A stretch of DNA of 64,000 nt. Origin: Podarcis vaucheri (lineage: Eukaryota). Under the pieces are notes generated by a model, which was not told where the DNA came from, searched no databases, and saw only the letters and a list, made by a program, of their open reading frames with translations. Of the stretch, positions 61,033 to 64,000 are shown piece by piece; position 1 is the first letter of the stretch; each line of letters opens with the position of its first letter. A program made the translations under genes and the position numbers. The stretch lies in the NCBI GenBank assembly GCA_965113315.1, contig OZ220365.1. One strand, given 5' to 3'.

Positions 61033-61703
61033 GGAAGTATGGGGGTGCCATCAGAGGGATAACCTCTGGAGTGGACATGTTGTGTTCCTTCTGGGGTAGA
61101 CTGTCCACCTTTGGTTCCCAACCTCCACATTTGTAGAGCTCTCACCTGTGGCCCCTAGACGCCCCAGAAATGGCTTCAACTGGCTGGCTAAACCAGATGA
61201 GGGTACCCAAGGACTAGACCAATAGTAGGGCCAATGATTAAGAAGGCAGTTTCTGCACATGCTGTAGAGGGAAGTGAGGGGTAGATGGGGCTCATCAAGC
61301 TGGGAAGATAGCCCATCTAACAGAAGGAAATCTCTGATTCTAAACCTCCACTGCCTTGCGGGATATCTTTGGGAGAAAAAAAGGCCGAGGAGTAAACCCT
61401 ACACAAATCTGGAGTGGAGTTCCTAAGATGGTTGGATGGCACTTTGTATGCCTCCTTCCAGCAACTCCTTCCTAGCAGCCAAGCTGGTGCCAGACGTATT
61501 GCTCTACTTTCCTTTGGACCACATCAGTGAGGCAGAGAGGGAGGTCTTGTCATCTGGGCAGCCCAGGACCACCATGAACTACCACCATGAACTTTGTCCA
61601 GGCTTCTGCCCTGGAGAGGTCACTTCAGTACTGCTAATGCAGCAGCTTGACGTCATCCCCGGAAGCACACTTCATTGTCTCGAGATAGACGAATGCCAAC
61701 ACC
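61033..61703 (+). mobile_element. Non-autonomous bipartite RTE-type retroelement
   Basis: 12-bp TSD TAGATAACCATT / TGGATAACCATT. RTE 5'-UTR-like motif (cccatctaacagaaggaaatctctgattctaaacctcc) joined to an RTE-like 3' end (cattgtctcgagatagacgaatgccaac); no RT-like ORF. Family assignment from memory. Confidence 0.65.
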
Positions 61704-62595
61704 TGGATAACCATTACCCTAAAAAGATAACCACTTGTAGCCCTTATAAAGCTTTTATGTAATCAAATTTGTCAATGAACTGGGTGCAGCCTTAAGTTTA
61801 GGAGACAGAAGTAAAATAAGTTTTTAGGGATTAGGTGCTTAGGTATAATGAATTTATGGTCAAGGACACAATGTCCACTTACTCTGACTTGTTCTCTAAT
61901 AGCTTCTGGGTACACTCATTTTCTTCAGTACTAACATATAGAGCTGTGTTGATTATACATGCTATGAGAGTATGCATGGTATAAAATATCAGTAGTATGG
62001 TTCACGCTATCACATCAAGAAACTGTTGTTGGAGTATATGAAAAGTATAGCTGGTTATACTGGTGTCCTTCTGGAGAAACCTAATGCTAATGGATGATCA
62101 GACTGGATGAGTATAAGCAAACACTAGCATCTTTCCTCAATAACTGTTTGTTTTGCTTTATTCCCAGAAGCTCCATGTGTGGTACTTCCTATTGTTATTT
62201 CTGTTCAACCCCATCTGACATTTACTTCCCTATCTTTACAGTCTCTACGCTAGGAGTGGCTTTTTACAGGTCCAGTTGGTACTCAAGCTATGATCCTTTT
62301 CAGTAAGAAGTAACTTGGCCACTTTGGTAACTTCCAATTGGGTTGTTGTGGCATACCGTAAGTGCGGCTGCCCTTGAAGAAAGAAACTTCAATTGGTCTA
62401 AAATGCAGTGGCCAGATTACTGGCTGGGATTCCAATTAGGTAACATATGAATCCAGTTTTGCAACAGTTGCACTGGTTGCCAGATCATTTAGGAGCCCAA
62501 TTCAAGGTGACATTATTGACTAAAGCCTTTAACAACCAGAAACCCAAATACTGAAACACTGCCCTACCCTTCCATCCTACCTGAACCCCTTAACA

Positions 62596-62670
62596 TAGGG
62601 GTCAGCAACCTTTTTCCAGCTGTGGGCCGTCCACCATCCCTCAAACCATGTGATGGGCCGGACTATATTC

Positions 62671-62709
<39 letters not shown>

Positions 62710-62937
62710 CCAATTCCTATGCCCCACAAATAACCCAGAGATGCATTTTAAATAAAAGCACACATTCTACTCATGTAAAAACACCAAGCAGGCCCCACAA
62801 ATAATCCAGAGATGCATTTTACATAAAAGAACACATTCTACTCATGTAAAAACATGCTTATTCCTGGACAATACGCAGGCCGGATTGAGAAGGCGATTGG
62901 GCCGGATCCAGCCCAAGGGCCTTAGGTTGCCTACCTG
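62596..62937. mobile_element. hAT (Charlie-like) MITE with internal (GT)n and a ~64-bp duplication
   Basis: Ends TAGGGGTCAGCAACC and GGTTGCCTACCTG; TSD CCTTAACA / CCTTAAAA; duplicated unit at ~62721-62784 and ~62792-62855. Confidence 0.8.
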
Positions 62938-64000
62938 CCTTAAAATTTTCCATGTAAGCAGGTTTCAAGATAATATATCACATATTTAACAGAACAACAT
63001 AGTGATCTCTTTTTCATGCATAACTGAGAGGCATACAAAGATTGGAAGAAATCTTTTCTTAAGAACTCCTTTGATTCTATGGGATGTAACAATGTGGCCA
63101 TTATATTTTTCAAATTACATTTTTATGTTCAAATTAAGCTTTATATTTTCAATGAATTTTACAGTAGGACTACACAATCCATATTGTTAGTAAATCAACA
63201 ATTTCACAATTCTTCACCAAGAATGCCATAGGGTTCAAGTAACTTGTTACTTTCTAATTTGTAAATTTAGTTGTTCTTCCTCTTCATCTGACATAGTTCT
63301 TCAGATATATTCCTGAATGCAGTGGTTTAGGTATGGTGCAACAAATATTCAGCTTTGATAGTTTTTTCTGCAGTAGTCACTTTTGTGATTTAAAAATCTT
63401 AATTATGCATTTATAGTGTAAGCTGACTTTACATTTACTGTATAGTGTAAGATGCTGAGCGCTGAATGCAGAAATGAAGGGTATAAGCTGTGTGAATAGT
63501 GAGTAAGTATTGCAAATATTGCCCTAGTTGCCTGCTTCTGGCCTTTAAATCAGGTGTATTTGTTAGTTTTCAAATCTGTAGCAATCCACTCCTCAAAGTC
63601 TTCACCCATTTATTATTTTATTCAATTTATATTCCACACTTCCTCCAAATGGAGCCCAGGTTTAACAATTTTAAAGTGATTCAGCAGAGGTTCTTAATTG
63701 TTTCTTGAGCAAAACTTCTCTTTTAAAGAAGATTTCTCACCTATTTAGACCCTGACTCTTTAAGTACAATGGGTTAGTTTTGGACTTGTCCATATACACC
63801 ATGGGATATCAGATCTTTTTCTATGTTTAAATACTATCTAAGCTTCCATAAACTGAACCACCCACATTACCACTTTATTGTTCAACAGTCTAATCCTCAC
63901 ATTTGTTATAAATTGCCCTTTTGAAATTTAATATAATGGTTTTGAATTTCAGGCCATTCCATTATTATATACTGAGGTCAGTTGTGCTGCAATCATTAAT

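Noticed and set aside
62721-62855. Direct repeats as a CRISPR-like array
   Set aside because: Eukaryotic DNA; only two units, inside a hAT MITE, with no spacers or cas genes.

Overview
This is vertebrate genomic DNA, not prokaryotic. The repeat content points to a squamate, most likely a lacertid lizard (inference from recognised repeat families). Two spliced genes lie on the minus strand. CRIM1 is represented by coding exons 3-17 (59871 to 13756) and a ~2.6 kb 3' UTR that contains a 164-N assembly gap; exons 1-2 lie beyond the right edge. FEZ2 is represented by coding exons 1-5 (6850 to 1750) with a CpG-island promoter; its last exons lie beyond the left edge. All 20 exons were placed by hand with GT-AG junctions and consistent phases, including six whose coding frame the ORF track misses (FEZ2 exons 2-3; CRIM1 exons 4, 8, 10 and 17). 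Exon numbers follow the human genes from memory. Introns and intergenic DNA are full of TE remnants: Tc1/mariner and hAT MITEs with TSDs, two solo LTRs, CR1, L2, RTE, Penelope and DIRS fragments, and tRNA-SINEs. Main observations: (1) CRIM1 and FEZ2 are head-to-tail here but convergent in human and mouse, implying a local inversion and allowing read-through; (2) a minimal type I hammerhead ribozyme from a Penelope-like fragment lies in the sense strand of CRIM1 intron 2; (3) a decayed HDV-like ribozyme candidate lies in a non-autonomous RTE element about 0.8 kb away; (4) a solo LTR with a TATA-like box and splice donor points at FEZ2; (5) an IR/DR-type Tc1 remnant resembles fish/amphibian elements; (6) inverted MITE copies flank the CRIM1 transmembrane exons. 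I see no evidence of a wholly new multi-gene system; the findings are hypotheses to test.
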